A stretch of DNA of 64,000 nucleotides. Source: a virus. The stretch is from the IMG/VR virus record IMGVR_UViG_3300042013_000045, positions 32,001-96,000 of that record, one strand, 5' to 3'. Shown here in pieces: positions 27,981 to 38,797 of this stretch. The translations under genes and the position numbers were made by a program. The notes under the pieces are model-generated. The model saw nothing but the letters and a program-made list of their open reading frames with translations. It ran no database searches and had not been told where the DNA came from. The first letter of the stretch is position 1. Each line of letters begins with the position of its first letter.

Positions 27981-28181
27981 TTAGAACACCACGTGAACAT
28001 GTCGCTGCATTAGCCGCACTGTACACACCAGTACGGTCATTGCCATGATGACAGTCATTACCCTTAGGCTACCAATGGCGTCGTAGTGCCCTACATACCG
28101 CGATTTGCGAATTACACCTATCCCTGAGAGCATTCCCCAGAGGTTTAGTGCTAACATAACGAGTAACCCAGGTGAACTCAT
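27981..28181 (-). CDS. Small two-TM membrane protein
   Basis: 66 aa, AAGGA RBS. Confidence 0.5.
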   Translation of the reverse strand: MSSPGLLVMLALNLWGMLSGIGVIRKSRYVGHYDAIGSLRVMTVIMAMTVLVCTVRLMQRHVHVVF

Positions 28182-28395
28182 GACGCTATCCTTAGTTTGC
28201 TTACCTATAGTGATCTAGAAGGCTCATTGTAAAATACCTTATAGTGGTAGCTACGCTACAGAGAAGCATCAGAAGTCGTCGCTTAAGCTCCTCCGCTAGC
28301 GCATTGCCTACACTACGTTCCGTCAATGCTTTTTATAGCACCAATTTAATCATTCAGAGGATTAGCCCAGACAGGATAAATTAACGAATAAGAAA

Positions 28396-28415
28396 GGAGG
28401 AGCCGAAGCTCCCCC
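28396..28415 (-). terminator. Intrinsic terminator after the portal-like gene
   Basis: GC stem with TTCG loop on the minus strand, followed by ttt. Confidence 0.6.
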
Positions 28416-28427
28416 AATCCAAAGGTG

Positions 28428-31400
28428 TTACTCGTCTTTATCTTTGTCCTTCTCTTCCTTCTCCTTCTTCGCTTTCTCTTCAGCAGTCGCAGCCTTATCA
28501 GCGTCGTCCAATTCCTTAGCGTCAGGGATCTCCACGTTACTGGCAAGATCAGCGTCGTCAGGCATTGGTTCGTCTGGTTCAGTCATGGTGCTCAGAGCAG
28601 CAGCCGCGTCTACGGTCTCCTGGTGCTCCTCGGGAAGCTCTTTCTCTTCCGCAGGTACTTCAGGTTCTACCGGTTCAGCGTCAGGAGCAGGTTCCTCTTC
28701 AACAGGAGGCTCAGGCTCTACAGGCGGTTCTTCCACAACAGGTTCTACCGGAGTCTCCTCAGCAACAGCTTCAGGTTCTTCGGCAGGCGGCTCTTCAGCC
28801 GGAGGTGCTTCTACATCAGGCACTTCAACGTCCGGTACCTCTGCATCCGGTTCTGCTGGTGGCTCCTCTACAACAGGGGCGTCATCAGCTGGCGGTTCTT
28901 CAGCAACATCAGGTAGCGGTGTATCTGTACCCAGATCCAGATCATCAGCAGGTGGAACTTCTGCTGCTGGTGCAGCGTCAGCGTCGGGGATAGGAACATC
29001 CTCAACCGGTGGCACTTCAGCGTCTACCTCTGGAATGGCTGCATTGTCTACCGCAGGGACTTCCGCATCAACAGCTGCGAGGTCATCAGCAGGAGCCTCA
29101 ACATCCGCAGGAGCAGCGAAGGCATCTACTTCAGCATCAGCACCCGGTTCAGCAGCAGCGGCTGCGTCATCGACTCCTGGCTCGGCGAGAGGATCAGTTG
29201 CATCCAGGCCATCTGCACTTTCAGCCAGAGCAGGATCTGCGTTTGGATCTGCATCAAGGCCAAGTTCAGCATTAGGATCGTCCAGGCCAAGCCCGTCATC
29301 GACGCCAGTGCCATCATCCAAGCCATCGCCACCGAGAGCATTTGGATCGGTGACATCGCCCAACTCAGCGTTAGGATCACCCAAACCATCATCACCCAGC
29401 TCGCCCGTACCGTCAAGACCATCTGTTCCTCCAGGGTTGTTAGCCAGTTCCTTGAGCTTCTCGATTTCAGCGATTTTAGCCGCCTTCTTCTCTTTGCCCT
29501 TCAGAGCCGACTTCATGTACTTCATGAGTGTGTTAGTGAGGCCTTCCATGTGCTTCTCGCTGACTTCCATGAAGTTGAACGACGGTGCATCGTCCTCATC
29601 CATGGTGGAGAAGATGTCCACTTCAGACATGATGTTACGCTGACGCAACCAGCGACGTTGGAACTCGGCCATGACGTTCTTCTTGACTGCCGGGAGAATG
29701 TCTTCCACGCCGACGTTGGCGTCGGTGATGAACATCTCTTCGGACAAGTGAGCGTCGATGATCTTTTCCAGACCCGCAGTGTAGGCGTCGTAAGCTTCCA
29801 TTTGCTTGGCGATGTCGTTGATCTCAGGACGAGGCAGCGACACTTCCAACGCCATGAGGAACTCATGGATGAACTCATCGATACCAGCTGAGTCGCGTTC
29901 GCCTTTGACGAGGTACTTCTTGTTCTCTGACACGATGTCACGCAGGAGATCCAAGAGGATGCCTGAGTTCAGGGAGTACTGACGAACGAAGTCGCACAGG
30001 AACGGTTCCAGCTTGTCCTGGTTCTGGATCACGCGCTTCAACAACATGAGGTTCTTCTGCACAACCGTAGTCGCGAAGTCCGCCTCGTTGATCCCGTCAG
30101 CCATTTCAGCACTGAGGCCAAACACTTGAAAGTGACGGTCACGGAAGGTCTTCTCAATCTCGCTGTCGATTGTACGAGCAGTGCCATCACGGCTGGAGAC
30201 ATCGAACTTGGTTTCAGGGTAACGGGTGTTCCCTTCGACGACCACGTTCACGCCATGGTTCTGGATCTGATCCGCCAAGCCCAGCGGGTGCGTCTGACCA
30301 ATGATCCGGGCAAAGCCTTCGGAGTTGACCTTCGCGTGTTCGCTGAGCAAGAACTCAACGGTTTCAGCCGGGTTCTCATCCTTAGGATCAAGGGTGATGG
30401 TGATGGTCTTGCCACCAGCAGCGTTGTTGATCGTGGCCAGCGTGTTCGACAGCATCAGAGCAGCACGGATCGAACCAAGGATCTTGGCATCTTCCAGCAG
30501 GGATTTACCCACACCGTATTCGTTGTACTCGAATGCGATGTACGTCAGCATCTCGGCAGGGACGTACAGCATGATCGTCTTCTGGCCTTTGAGGTGACGC
30601 GAAAACATGACCTGGTTGATGTGATCGGTACGGCTGATATTGTACTCACCTTCCATCACACCAGCACGCAGACGAGACAGCAGGTCACTTTCGATGGTCT
30701 CGGAGTGAATGCGGGTCATCTCTTCGATGATCTCGTTGTTGAGCGTGCCTTGACCCTCATGGCCACGACGAGCGGTCTGCAACACTTGGCTGCTGAACTG
30801 GTCGTTGCCATTAAGCTGATTGCGGATGTCGTCGTAGTAGTTATCGTGAGCCGTTACGTTCAGCGGGTTGCCGTTGATATCAAGCAGCACGAAGTACGCC
30901 ACGTGTTCAGCCGGGTTACCCGGTACGTGGATCGGGATCACCGACTCAGGCGACAAATGCATGACCACAGGGTGACCGTAGGTATCAGCCCCCACTTGGG
31001 TCTTGGTCAACACTGGCTGCACGGGGATGTGCTTGTAACGACGCTGACTGTAGAAGGCAGACTCGACTTCGTTCAGCGTGGACATCTTCTTATCAGAAGA
31101 AGCTTCCATCGACGGTGCAGATTCAGACGACGCTGACAACGACACGCTCTTGCCATCGTAACGGACAGTTGCGCCAGTCAACGGTTTGGCAGAAGCAGGC
31201 TGGGTAGGCCGCGCAGTGCGATTCAAACCACCCCGCAACTTGCCACCGTAGATACGACGGATCGACAACTTACGCTTGGTCTCGAGCACCATCGGACGCT
31301 TCAGGATGTTGGCGTTGTCGGTGACCACGAAGTTCTTGTCGTGTTTGCCAGCGATCAGGTTAAGTGCGTCGCAAGCACTCTTACGAGCGATGTTCTTGCT

Positions 31401-32102
31401 GTCATTGCTTTCCATCGATGGGAACGCAACGTGACTGTACTTGGCGTACTCCTCCACCTTCAAGCTTTCGAAGGAGACACCCGCTTGACCCTTGACTTGC
31501 GAAGGGAAGCCCAAAGCACCCCATGGAACATAGACGCCATCTTGACCCACCTCTTCTTTAAGGTGGTTCTCCAACGACACAACCGCAGCTTCCAGCGAAG
31601 CGCCCTTGTACTGATCCGTGTTGATGATCTGATCGATAGACGACTCAGGCATAATCAGGATCGGATACGAACCTTTCTCGAACAACACGTCATTAAGAAT
31701 CTTCGGCAAAAGCTTCGTAATTCTATAGGTGTCATCAAAGAACGACTGGACCTCCCGCAGCATGGGGCCAGTAAGGTTTGTATCCAAGTCATCATTGTTG
31801 ACGGAGTAGATGACCTTGGTGTCAGTCAGATCACCGGGAGAAATGGTAGCCGAGACGATGATCTGTCTGGCGTAGTCCATGTCCGGCAACACTTGGAACA
31901 TGTTCCGCGCGTCATTGATGCTGGCAATCGTTTTGTTGGCAACATGACTCAGCACACGCTGGTCAGGAATCCGGATGTTTTGACTGCCGCGGGCTGTCCC
32001 ATGTGGATCACGGGCGAGCTTACCGATAGTTGCTTTGATCTCGTCGGGAACTCTCCGACTAGAGGCGATCTTCGGAAAGACTCTCTTAATGGTTGCTGTC
32101 AT
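28428..32102 (-). CDS. Portal-like protein (phiKZ gp129-type) with ~330-aa acidic low-complexity tail
   Basis: 1224 aa from MTATIK (GAGG RBS); portal-like G.GKSLLE segment; divergent from a ~730-aa structural gene as in recalled phiKZ order. Confidence 0.6.
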   Translation of the reverse strand: MTATIKRVFPKIASSRRVPDEIKATIGKLARDPHGTARGSQNIRIPDQRVLSHVANKTIASINDARNMFQVLPDMDYARQIIVSATISPGDLTDTKVIYSVNNDDLDTNLTGPMLREVQSFFDDTYRITKLLPKILNDVLFEKGSYPILIMPESSIDQIINTDQYKGASLEAAVVSLENHLKEEVGQDGVYVPWGALGFPSQVKGQAGVSFESLKVEEYAKYSHVAFPSMESNDSKNIARKSACDALNLIAGKHDKNFVVTDNANILKRPMVLETKRKLSIRRIYGGKLRGGLNRTARPTQPASAKPLTGATVRYDGKSVSLSASSESAPSMEASSDKKMSTLNEVESAFYSQRRYKHIPVQPVLTKTQVGADTYGHPVVMHLSPESVIPIHVPGNPAEHVAYFVLLDINGNPLNVTAHDNYYDDIRNQLNGNDQFSSQVLQTARRGHEGQGTLNNEIIEEMTRIHSETIESDLLSRLRAGVMEGEYNISRTDHINQVMFSRHLKGQKTIMLYVPAEMLTYIAFEYNEYGVGKSLLEDAKILGSIRAALMLSNTLATINNAAGGKTITITLDPKDENPAETVEFLLSEHAKVNSEGFARIIGQTHPLGLADQIQNHGVNVVVEGNTRYPETKFDVSSRDGTARTIDSEIEKTFRDRHFQVFGLSAEMADGINEADFATTVVQKNLMLLKRVIQNQDKLEPFLCDFVRQYSLNSGILLDLLRDIVSENKKYLVKGERDSAGIDEFIHEFLMALEVSLPRPEINDIAKQMEAYDAYTAGLEKIIDAHLSEEMFITDANVGVEDILPAVKKNVMAEFQRRWLRQRNIMSEVDIFSTMDEDDAPSFNFMEVSEKHMEGLTNTLMKYMKSALKGKEKKAAKIAEIEKLKELANNPGGTDGLDGTGELGDDGLGDPNAELGDVTDPNALGGDGLDDGTGVDDGLGLDDPNAELGLDADPNADPALAESADGLDATDPLAEPGVDDAAAAAEPGADAEVDAFAAPADVEAPADDLAAVDAEVPAVDNAAIPEVDAEVPPVEDVPIPDADAAPAAEVPPADDLDLGTDTPLPDVAEEPPADDAPVVEEPPAEPDAEVPDVEVPDVEAPPAEEPPAEEPEAVAEETPVEPVVEEPPVEPEPPVEEEPAPDAEPVEPEVPAEEKELPEEHQETVDAAAALSTMTEPDEPMPDDADLASNVEIPDAKELDDADKAATAEEKAKKEKEEKDKDKDE

Positions 32103-32137
32103 GGCTACCTCTTTTTTATCCGTTTGGACAATACAAA

Positions 32138-34333
32138 ATGAGCACGAATTACGAAGTCTATTTAAGCTCGGTGAACCGACTTGTTGCGACACTGGTGCTC
32201 AAAGATGAGACAACCAGTGAAATCATCAACAGCCGGCTAAAGCGTTTGGGCAAGGAAGTTGACGAGCAGCGACCTGAAACCTGGAAGTACTACCTGAACC
32301 TCTCTGGACAGCCGCACGCGACTAACCGTCCGATGAAAGTCATCTCGATGGACGACGGCACGGAAATCGACTTTACACGTGAGAACATGCTCATTCACGT
32401 GAAGACGTGGCGTGAGTATCAGTACGGTTCTCGCTTCTATACAGAGCTGTGGGAAAAGTACTCCGATCAGGAGATGCTCATTGACGGCATATTGAATCCT
32501 GTTGATATCAATGAAGCGATCGCTGCTCCGGATCATAGTATTCTTTATTTTGACCCTTCATTAGTAGAAAGTCGTGAAACGAACCTGATCCCTAAGCTGC
32601 AAGAATGGATCACAGGACAGTTTGTACGCTATGCCAACGTGGACTACCGGATCAACAACCCCCTGTTCATTCAGTCGCGGTTGATGATGTTGTTCATGGC
32701 AATGCCATCGACTATCCTGAACTTGCGTACGGACAACTGCCGTACGCACATGGCCCACAGCTACCACATCAAGCGCTACTTGGCTTCGTTTGGTCCGCTG
32801 GATCAGTACTACGTCAACATGACGGAGTTCCAGCGGCTGTACTTCTACCGGGACATTCGTTTCCTTCGCCGCAATAACGGTAAGACCGAGACGTTTGAAA
32901 CACTGACTGAGAACGTCATGACCCGTCGCCGGTTGCCGGTGGCTGAATATGTCATCCAACAGAATGACGTCGAGATCCCAAACCAGTTCAACCCGACCAC
33001 GCAGTTCATGCGTCGTTCCCTGAACGGTATAGCGTCAGCACTGGGCGAAGACATCAAGAACACATCGCAGTTGCTGTACTTGGAACGCTCGGTAGCACGG
33101 GACAACGAAGAAGAGAACATGTACGCAGAGCTGTATATCCCTGCGGCCAACGAACTCAACCTCACCAGTGAAGCGAACACCAAGGTACTGGAGTCGAACG
33201 TCCTTGACCTTAAGGAGTCGGAACCGTACACGCTCGCTGAGATCCTGTTGAACCACTGGATCTACTTGTCCGACAAGAACCGCTACACCGCTGTGGTGAC
33301 ATTGAACCTGCCAGACGGTGGGGAAGCTTCGAAGCTGTCGATGAAAGATGCCTGGGTGCTTTACCAGTACATCTACATGCTGCGTTCTGGTTGGCAGATG
33401 ATTACCATCCCGCCGATCATGGCCAAGCGTATTCGTCGTATGCCGTTGCCAAGCTTCGAAGAGTTGCGTGGGATCTGCTCCTACGAGCACGTCGACGATC
33501 AATACGTCCATGAAGCCCTGCGTGGTAACGTGGCGATTGATGCGTACGTCTCGGTGGATACGTTCGTCATGGACATGATCCAAGTTCACCAACGCATGTT
33601 GCTGCACCGTGATCTCTACGTCTGGCGGAATGACTTCTACCAGTACGCCGAAATCAAGCAGATGACGGATCGGATCTACGCCGACTACCCCGTCGACATG
33701 TACAAGGGTGAGAACTACGCCGAGTGGCTGGGTGCACGTAACATCGCTCTGGACAAGTACACGCCGAACCAGCTGGATGAGATCATGCAGAACCTGCTGT
33801 CTCAAGCCACAGGTAAAGAGTTGCGGTTGACTCAGAACCTGAAGGATATCCATGCGGCCATGTTGGGCATCATGACCCAGCTGTCCAGCTACAGTGTTCA
33901 GTACATCCAGCAGATCAACGAAGAAGCCGTGGTCATGTTTGACTGGCCTCACTTGCGGTATCACTACGTTGGTGGACATGCTGCCAGTGATCTGCGGCTT
34001 GAAGTCCCTATCGCTAAACCTGAGAGATTGGACGGGCGTGGTAAAGACACCGCCTTCCAGGACATCAGCGAAGTGGGGATCGTTGACTTCGAAAGCTACA
34101 CCAAGCACCACACTGGCGTTCAGATCGGTGTGGGATTCGAGATGTCGGGTAAGAACGAGTTCATCGGTCACGGCATGATCATCGGCGCTACGATTATGAC
34201 TCTGGAAGTTCCAGGGGTGAATCTGGCTACAGCACTGACTGGCCAACAGATCGATGCCTACACCACGTTTGAATCCCGTCCAATCGCAGAGCTGTTCAAC
34301 AAGGTAACTACGGATGACTTCAGCGCCCCTTAA
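32138..34333 (+). CDS. Virion structural protein (phiKZ gp128-type)
   Basis: 731 aa with ETWKYYLNLSG motif; position next to the portal-like gene. Confidence 0.55.
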   Translation: MSTNYEVYLSSVNRLVATLVLKDETTSEIINSRLKRLGKEVDEQRPETWKYYLNLSGQPHATNRPMKVISMDDGTEIDFTRENMLIHVKTWREYQYGSRFYTELWEKYSDQEMLIDGILNPVDINEAIAAPDHSILYFDPSLVESRETNLIPKLQEWITGQFVRYANVDYRINNPLFIQSRLMMLFMAMPSTILNLRTDNCRTHMAHSYHIKRYLASFGPLDQYYVNMTEFQRLYFYRDIRFLRRNNGKTETFETLTENVMTRRRLPVAEYVIQQNDVEIPNQFNPTTQFMRRSLNGIASALGEDIKNTSQLLYLERSVARDNEEENMYAELYIPAANELNLTSEANTKVLESNVLDLKESEPYTLAEILLNHWIYLSDKNRYTAVVTLNLPDGGEASKLSMKDAWVLYQYIYMLRSGWQMITIPPIMAKRIRRMPLPSFEELRGICSYEHVDDQYVHEALRGNVAIDAYVSVDTFVMDMIQVHQRMLLHRDLYVWRNDFYQYAEIKQMTDRIYADYPVDMYKGENYAEWLGARNIALDKYTPNQLDEIMQNLLSQATGKELRLTQNLKDIHAAMLGIMTQLSSYSVQYIQQINEEAVVMFDWPHLRYHYVGGHAASDLRLEVPIAKPERLDGRGKDTAFQDISEVGIVDFESYTKHHTGVQIGVGFEMSGKNEFIGHGMIIGATIMTLEVPGVNLATALTGQQIDAYTTFESRPIAELFNKVTTDDFSAP

Positions 34334-35300
34334 CGGTTCCTCTCTGACAGTGGGAGCCCTCGAACAAGACGATGTGGGGGCGCTGCAAGCGCTCCTGAAT
34401 ACCATGGTGACTCGTGGCACACCGGTGACGATGTTCTCACGCACCGCACCGGTGCCTACAGGTGTGACGCCTGTGCAAGCCACGTTCACCGTCAGGGTTG
34501 CCAAGGAGAAGGCACCTGTGGACATGTGGGTTTATAAAGACACGCAAGTGATCACGTACAACCGAGTCCTGCTCTCGGCAGTTGCAGCGAAGTATGTGCC
34601 TACGATTTACACAGACTTCCCTGTCTCGAAGAATGAGCTGTTCTCTAAGTACCTGACCAAGAACGAACTGTACGACCGTGGGGCGGATGTGACTGCGGGT
34701 AACGTAACAGGTCCTGGCACTGTGCAGCTGACAGCAACGCCAAGCTCGTTCTTGCTCACCGGCTCGCAGAACTTCAACGTTAAGCAAGCGCCGAAGTATT
34801 TGGCTGAAGTCATTGAGGTCACACAGTTGACCACCTTTGACCCAACTAAGCACATGACCGGTCCGGCATGGGATCAAATGGTCGCCAGCGTGAACACGTT
34901 GAACGCTGGCACGATCCCTCGTCCTATCCTGCCTGCTGAAGTGAGGCCAGGAGCGGTCACTAAGCTCAACGAGTACGACGAGATCAACACGGAAATCGAG
35001 TTGGTCAACAACGGCTCAGAGGTGTTCTTGGATCGCGTCATGTTGTCCTACCACCGGGTGAACTTCTCGTGGTTGCTCAATGGCGAACAAATGATCCTCA
35101 AAGGTCCTCCGGTTGTGACCACGCAAGTCTTGCTGGACAAGATCCGGACGAAGACGGGTTACACCATGGACATGGATGATTTGGTTGCTCAGTCCTACGA
35201 CCCTGTGTCAGTAGGGACGACTACAACCCTGACCGTGTTCATTCAGGACACCTCCCTGCGCTACGTCGGCGAGATCACCATCGACTACACGGCGGAGTGA
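34314..35300 (+). CDS. Probable virion protein with two copies of a shared domain
   Basis: YNRV../YHRV.. ... SLRYVGEI pattern. Confidence 0.55.
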   Translation: MTSAPLNGSSLTVGALEQDDVGALQALLNTMVTRGTPVTMFSRTAPVPTGVTPVQATFTVRVAKEKAPVDMWVYKDTQVITYNRVLLSAVAAKYVPTIYTDFPVSKNELFSKYLTKNELYDRGADVTAGNVTGPGTVQLTATPSSFLLTGSQNFNVKQAPKYLAEVIEVTQLTTFDPTKHMTGPAWDQMVASVNTLNAGTIPRPILPAEVRPGAVTKLNEYDEINTEIELVNNGSEVFLDRVMLSYHRVNFSWLLNGEQMILKGPPVVTTQVLLDKIRTKTGYTMDMDDLVAQSYDPVSVGTTTTLTVFIQDTSLRYVGEITIDYTAE

Positions 35301-35304
35301 TGCC

Positions 35305-35748
35305 ATGAACTACTTCACCACTGAGAAACTCCTGACGTACCCACCGGTGAACGCGTTGCTGATTGCTGCCAACCAGAAGCTTGGTCTGTCGCTGCACCCT
35401 AGCTACGTGACTGTCGGTGAGGTCTACGAGCCTAGTGGCTTGTTGGCCAAGGTTGAGATCGCTGCCCGTACGGAAGTGCCTAACTCGGAAGAGGAACGGT
35501 TCTCTAATAAAGGATGGCTCACCATTGACCGCATCGACATCGGTGCGTTCTTCGATGGACAATACGTCATCACGTATGACGGCGCGATTACTGCCTATGA
35601 CGTGGGTAGGATCATCACTGAGCAGACAGGTATCCTGTTTGACGAACGTGACTTCCCTGACAGCGTCATCACGCCCCAATCGAACACACTGGTGGTCTCT
35701 CCACGCTCCCTTCGTTGGGTGGGTGAACTGACCATTATTTCGGCATAG
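35305..35748 (+). CDS. Probable virion protein
   Basis: DRIDI..F..TGILFDERD..SLRWVGEL, same domain family. Confidence 0.55.
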   Translation: MNYFTTEKLLTYPPVNALLIAANQKLGLSLHPSYVTVGEVYEPSGLLAKVEIAARTEVPNSEEERFSNKGWLTIDRIDIGAFFDGQYVITYDGAITAYDVGRIITEQTGILFDERDFPDSVITPQSNTLVVSPRSLRWVGELTIISA

Positions 35749-35756
35749 AGGTCATT

Positions 35757-36764
35757 ATGTACAAACGCCCCTTAAGGTATGATCTGCCGGCCGACGACCT
35801 GATGTTGCAGGTGTTGAACTTCACGAACAAGACGGCCTTTGAGAAGCGCCAGTTGACGTTCGGGGAACCGGTAGTCGTTACTGACGAAAACATTTATATC
35901 AAGCCTGACTACACCAACGACTACGACCTTAAGCGTCCTGCCGTTGGTACTCTGACCCGCATTGAAGTCCTGCCGACTCCGATCACGGGCTGGAAGAAGT
36001 CAAGCACTCTGTTGTACCGCCGCGAGATCATTCAGGATCATTTCATTTCGATCCCGTTCGTGGTGTATGGCAAAGAGAATACCAAGGCGGAAGTTCTCCG
36101 CTGTCTGCATCAGCAATACGGTCTGTTCCTTGATGACCACTTGTGTGACGTAGAATTCAAACCAGTCAGCCTGAAAGATGTGCTGTTTCATCGGCACATG
36201 GGCAGCATCGTGGACAGCAGCTGTAGCGACTACATGCCGCCTGCTGCGTGGAATGCCGTGGTCACGATTCGTCCAGAACACCCGTACTGGATGGGCGAGA
36301 TCAACGTGTATATCCGTGAAGCGGTCGAGTTCCTTGACCGTAACATTGCCACCACGTTGGAAATCAACCGCTACCTCGGTTTGGGAGATCACAACAAGAT
36401 CCCTGCTGAAATGGTACTGCGCATGACTGGGTACGTGGACCGTGACCATTACGTCCGCGACTTGAAAGAAGGTGATCTGGTTCTGCCAATGATCCTTGAG
36501 GCGGCTAAGTCTCTGACCGACGACCCTTGGGTCTTCAGTGAGAACCCTCAGCCATTCAACCTCTACGGCACTAAAGTAGTCCACAACGGCGTGAATACCG
36601 GTGACCTGTACATTGATGACCCTCGGGTAACCAACGTGCTCGTCCTGGAGTTTGGTGAAGAGAAATGCACCAACATTCGCGGCCAATGGGTGTTCGGTTA
36701 CTACAACGGCGAGACCTGGTTGAAACGTCAGCGTATTGATGCGCTGCCGATCCAAGACCAGTAA
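35757..36764 (+). CDS. Probable virion protein
   Basis: YRRE..YGLFLD..YWMGEI, same domain family. Confidence 0.55.
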   Translation: MYKRPLRYDLPADDLMLQVLNFTNKTAFEKRQLTFGEPVVVTDENIYIKPDYTNDYDLKRPAVGTLTRIEVLPTPITGWKKSSTLLYRREIIQDHFISIPFVVYGKENTKAEVLRCLHQQYGLFLDDHLCDVEFKPVSLKDVLFHRHMGSIVDSSCSDYMPPAAWNAVVTIRPEHPYWMGEINVYIREAVEFLDRNIATTLEINRYLGLGDHNKIPAEMVLRMTGYVDRDHYVRDLKEGDLVLPMILEAAKSLTDDPWVFSENPQPFNLYGTKVVHNGVNTGDLYIDDPRVTNVLVLEFGEEKCTNIRGQWVFGYYNGETWLKRQRIDALPIQDQ

Positions 36765-36810
36765 TCGCAATCGTATGACACCTTTTATCACTTTCCTCAA
36801 GGGCAGATAG

Positions 36811-37695
36811 ATGCAAAAGATCATCCCCACCCAACTCGCCAACTACCTTCAGGTAGTCTCGTACTTGGGCCTCCCGTTCGAAAAGATTGCAAACACCACG
36901 TTGAACCAGAAGTTCGACATCCAGCCCTCGGCCATTGTACCGCCTGCGGTCAAGCCATCGCTGAAGTTCTTCACCATCGGTATTGGTGGTCACACGTACA
37001 CCACTGGTGGCAACGGTATCCCGCTGAGCCAAGGCATCGACCACACGTCCGGTGACTTCGGCCTTTACGACCACCTGCCGTTCGTGTTGCGCCCAATCAA
37101 CAACGACCTGAGCGTGGAAGAGCGTAAGCGCTACTGCCTGCGTAAAGTCATGGAGTACGACGGCGTCAACTACTACGGCTACCTGGGCAAGCGTTTGCCA
37201 ATGGACGATATTGAGGTCAAGATGACCAAGCGCACGGTAGTTGACGGTGAAACCACCATCGACGAATACGTGCCAACGGAAGCCAACCTCAGTCCTACCC
37301 CGCCGTCGATTCCAACTACCGGCGTTATCACCACCAGCGGTGAATACCTCGCGACCAGTGCAATCATCCCGATGCCCTTCACTGAGAAGGACGTGCAGGA
37401 GTTGTACAACGTGGCGAAGATCATCTACGGTGACGAGCGCTATGCGATCATCAGTGAGTTCGGCTTCGGCACTGCCGTTGACGCAACCGTGTCGATCAAC
37501 ACCCCAGGTGGTCAGGTCAGTTTCCTCGAAGTGATTGGTGCGCAGATCTCTGCGATCATCAGCGGTCACTACGAGTTGATCTACAACAGCAAGGGCTTTG
37601 ATTTCAGCCTGGAAGTCGGTGCGGTACAGCCTCTGTTGGGCACCAGCACTCAGACCACCACGTTCATGAAGCTTATCAACCCGACAGCCAACTGA
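36811..37695 (+). CDS. Virion structural protein (phiKZ gp127-type)
   Basis: 294 aa with TTLNQKF, IGIGGH and PFVLRP..NDL; synteny. Confidence 0.5.
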   Translation: MQKIIPTQLANYLQVVSYLGLPFEKIANTTLNQKFDIQPSAIVPPAVKPSLKFFTIGIGGHTYTTGGNGIPLSQGIDHTSGDFGLYDHLPFVLRPINNDLSVEERKRYCLRKVMEYDGVNYYGYLGKRLPMDDIEVKMTKRTVVDGETTIDEYVPTEANLSPTPPSIPTTGVITTSGEYLATSAIIPMPFTEKDVQELYNVAKIIYGDERYAIISEFGFGTAVDATVSINTPGGQVSFLEVIGAQISAIISGHYELIYNSKGFDFSLEVGAVQPLLGTSTQTTTFMKLINPTAN

Positions 37696-37731
37696 TTTAA
37701 CGATTACCAGATCTAATAAGGTGGACACTTT

Positions 37732-38325
37732 ATGTTCAGACTACGTGACGATGACTATATCTACAGGATCATGGGCATCGACAACGGAAGTTCCAATCTG
37801 GGGATGGTTGTTCTAGACCTGGACCTTAGATCTGGTGTCTATACTCTCGTTCACTCGGAGACTTTCCTTGCCGAACGTCTTATCAAGAACCACAAGGGCA
37901 GCTTAACGAGCCATTCGGCACGCTGGGTGCGTGAATGCACCCTTCACGATAAGTTCGCAGACGCCCTCGAAGAGTTCCAGCCCAATGCAGTACCGGTTGA
38001 GAATGCGTTCTTTCAGCCTGGTCGTGTTACCTCGTTCGAAACACTGACAGAAATGAAAGTGTTCCTTCGCCACGCGGTAGCCGACTACGATGATCGGATG
38101 GACATCATTCTCGTGTCTCCAGGGGAAGCTAAAAGAGCGGTGCAACCGTCGAACTTCACCATGAAGAAGGTCGTGATCCGGGACTGCATCCTAGCCATGA
38201 GCGATAAAATCAGATGCACAAATGGGATAACACTCAATAGCCTCACGGAGCACGAGTACGATGGCATTGCAGTCAGCATCTTTCATGGAGAGACTGTTCG
38301 CAAGCGTTGCGGTTTCGTGAGGTGA
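37732..38325 (+). CDS. ruvC: RuvC-like Holliday junction resolvase
   Basis: IMGIDNGSSNLG, VENAF, PGEAK..V, HEYDGIAV acidic motifs. Confidence 0.75.
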   Translation: MFRLRDDDYIYRIMGIDNGSSNLGMVVLDLDLRSGVYTLVHSETFLAERLIKNHKGSLTSHSARWVRECTLHDKFADALEEFQPNAVPVENAFFQPGRVTSFETLTEMKVFLRHAVADYDDRMDIILVSPGEAKRAVQPSNFTMKKVVIRDCILAMSDKIRCTNGITLNSLTEHEYDGIAVSIFHGETVRKRCGFVR

Positions 38326-38343
38326 GGTAAACGGGGAACTGCC

Positions 38344-38787
38344 ATGTTACTGTCGGACGTAGTAAAAGTATTGGGGGATCGTACACTCGGGGAGTTTCCG
38401 TGGGGATGTGTGGTAAAGGATACGGTTAACCTCTTCGCAGAAGATACCCTCAAGCTTAAACTTACATCCACGGGCTCTGACCTGACACGAGCACTCGATG
38501 CCATGACAGAGACCAACCGCAATCTGCTGCACAACGCACAACTTGATACCAACCGTGCCTGCGTGATCACTCCAGTAGGGGGTGGTATGGTGGTTGAACA
38601 CGGTGACGACGCTACCGACCCTCCCGCGAAGTTCGGTTTCTTTCAAGCTTTCACCGCCTTGATCGTGAGCGTGGTTCTGATCGGCGCGTTCCTGATGTTC
38701 TCCAATCTCTCGATCAACGAGAAAACGGATTGGAAGGAAGTAGGGAAGATGGGCTGGAAAATCGTTAAAACAATCGCGGGTTTCTAG
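38344..38787 (+). CDS. Membrane protein
   Basis: C-terminal TM segment. Confidence 0.6.
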   Translation: MLLSDVVKVLGDRTLGEFPWGCVVKDTVNLFAEDTLKLKLTSTGSDLTRALDAMTETNRNLLHNAQLDTNRACVITPVGGGMVVEHGDDATDPPAKFGFFQAFTALIVSVVLIGAFLMFSNLSINEKTDWKEVGKMGWKIVKTIAGF

Positions 38788-38797
38788 GTAGGCAATC

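Noticed and set aside
28444-29643. 399-aa Ser/Gly/Ala-rich plus-strand ORF
   Set aside because: Reverse reading of the acidic low-complexity tail of the portal-like gene
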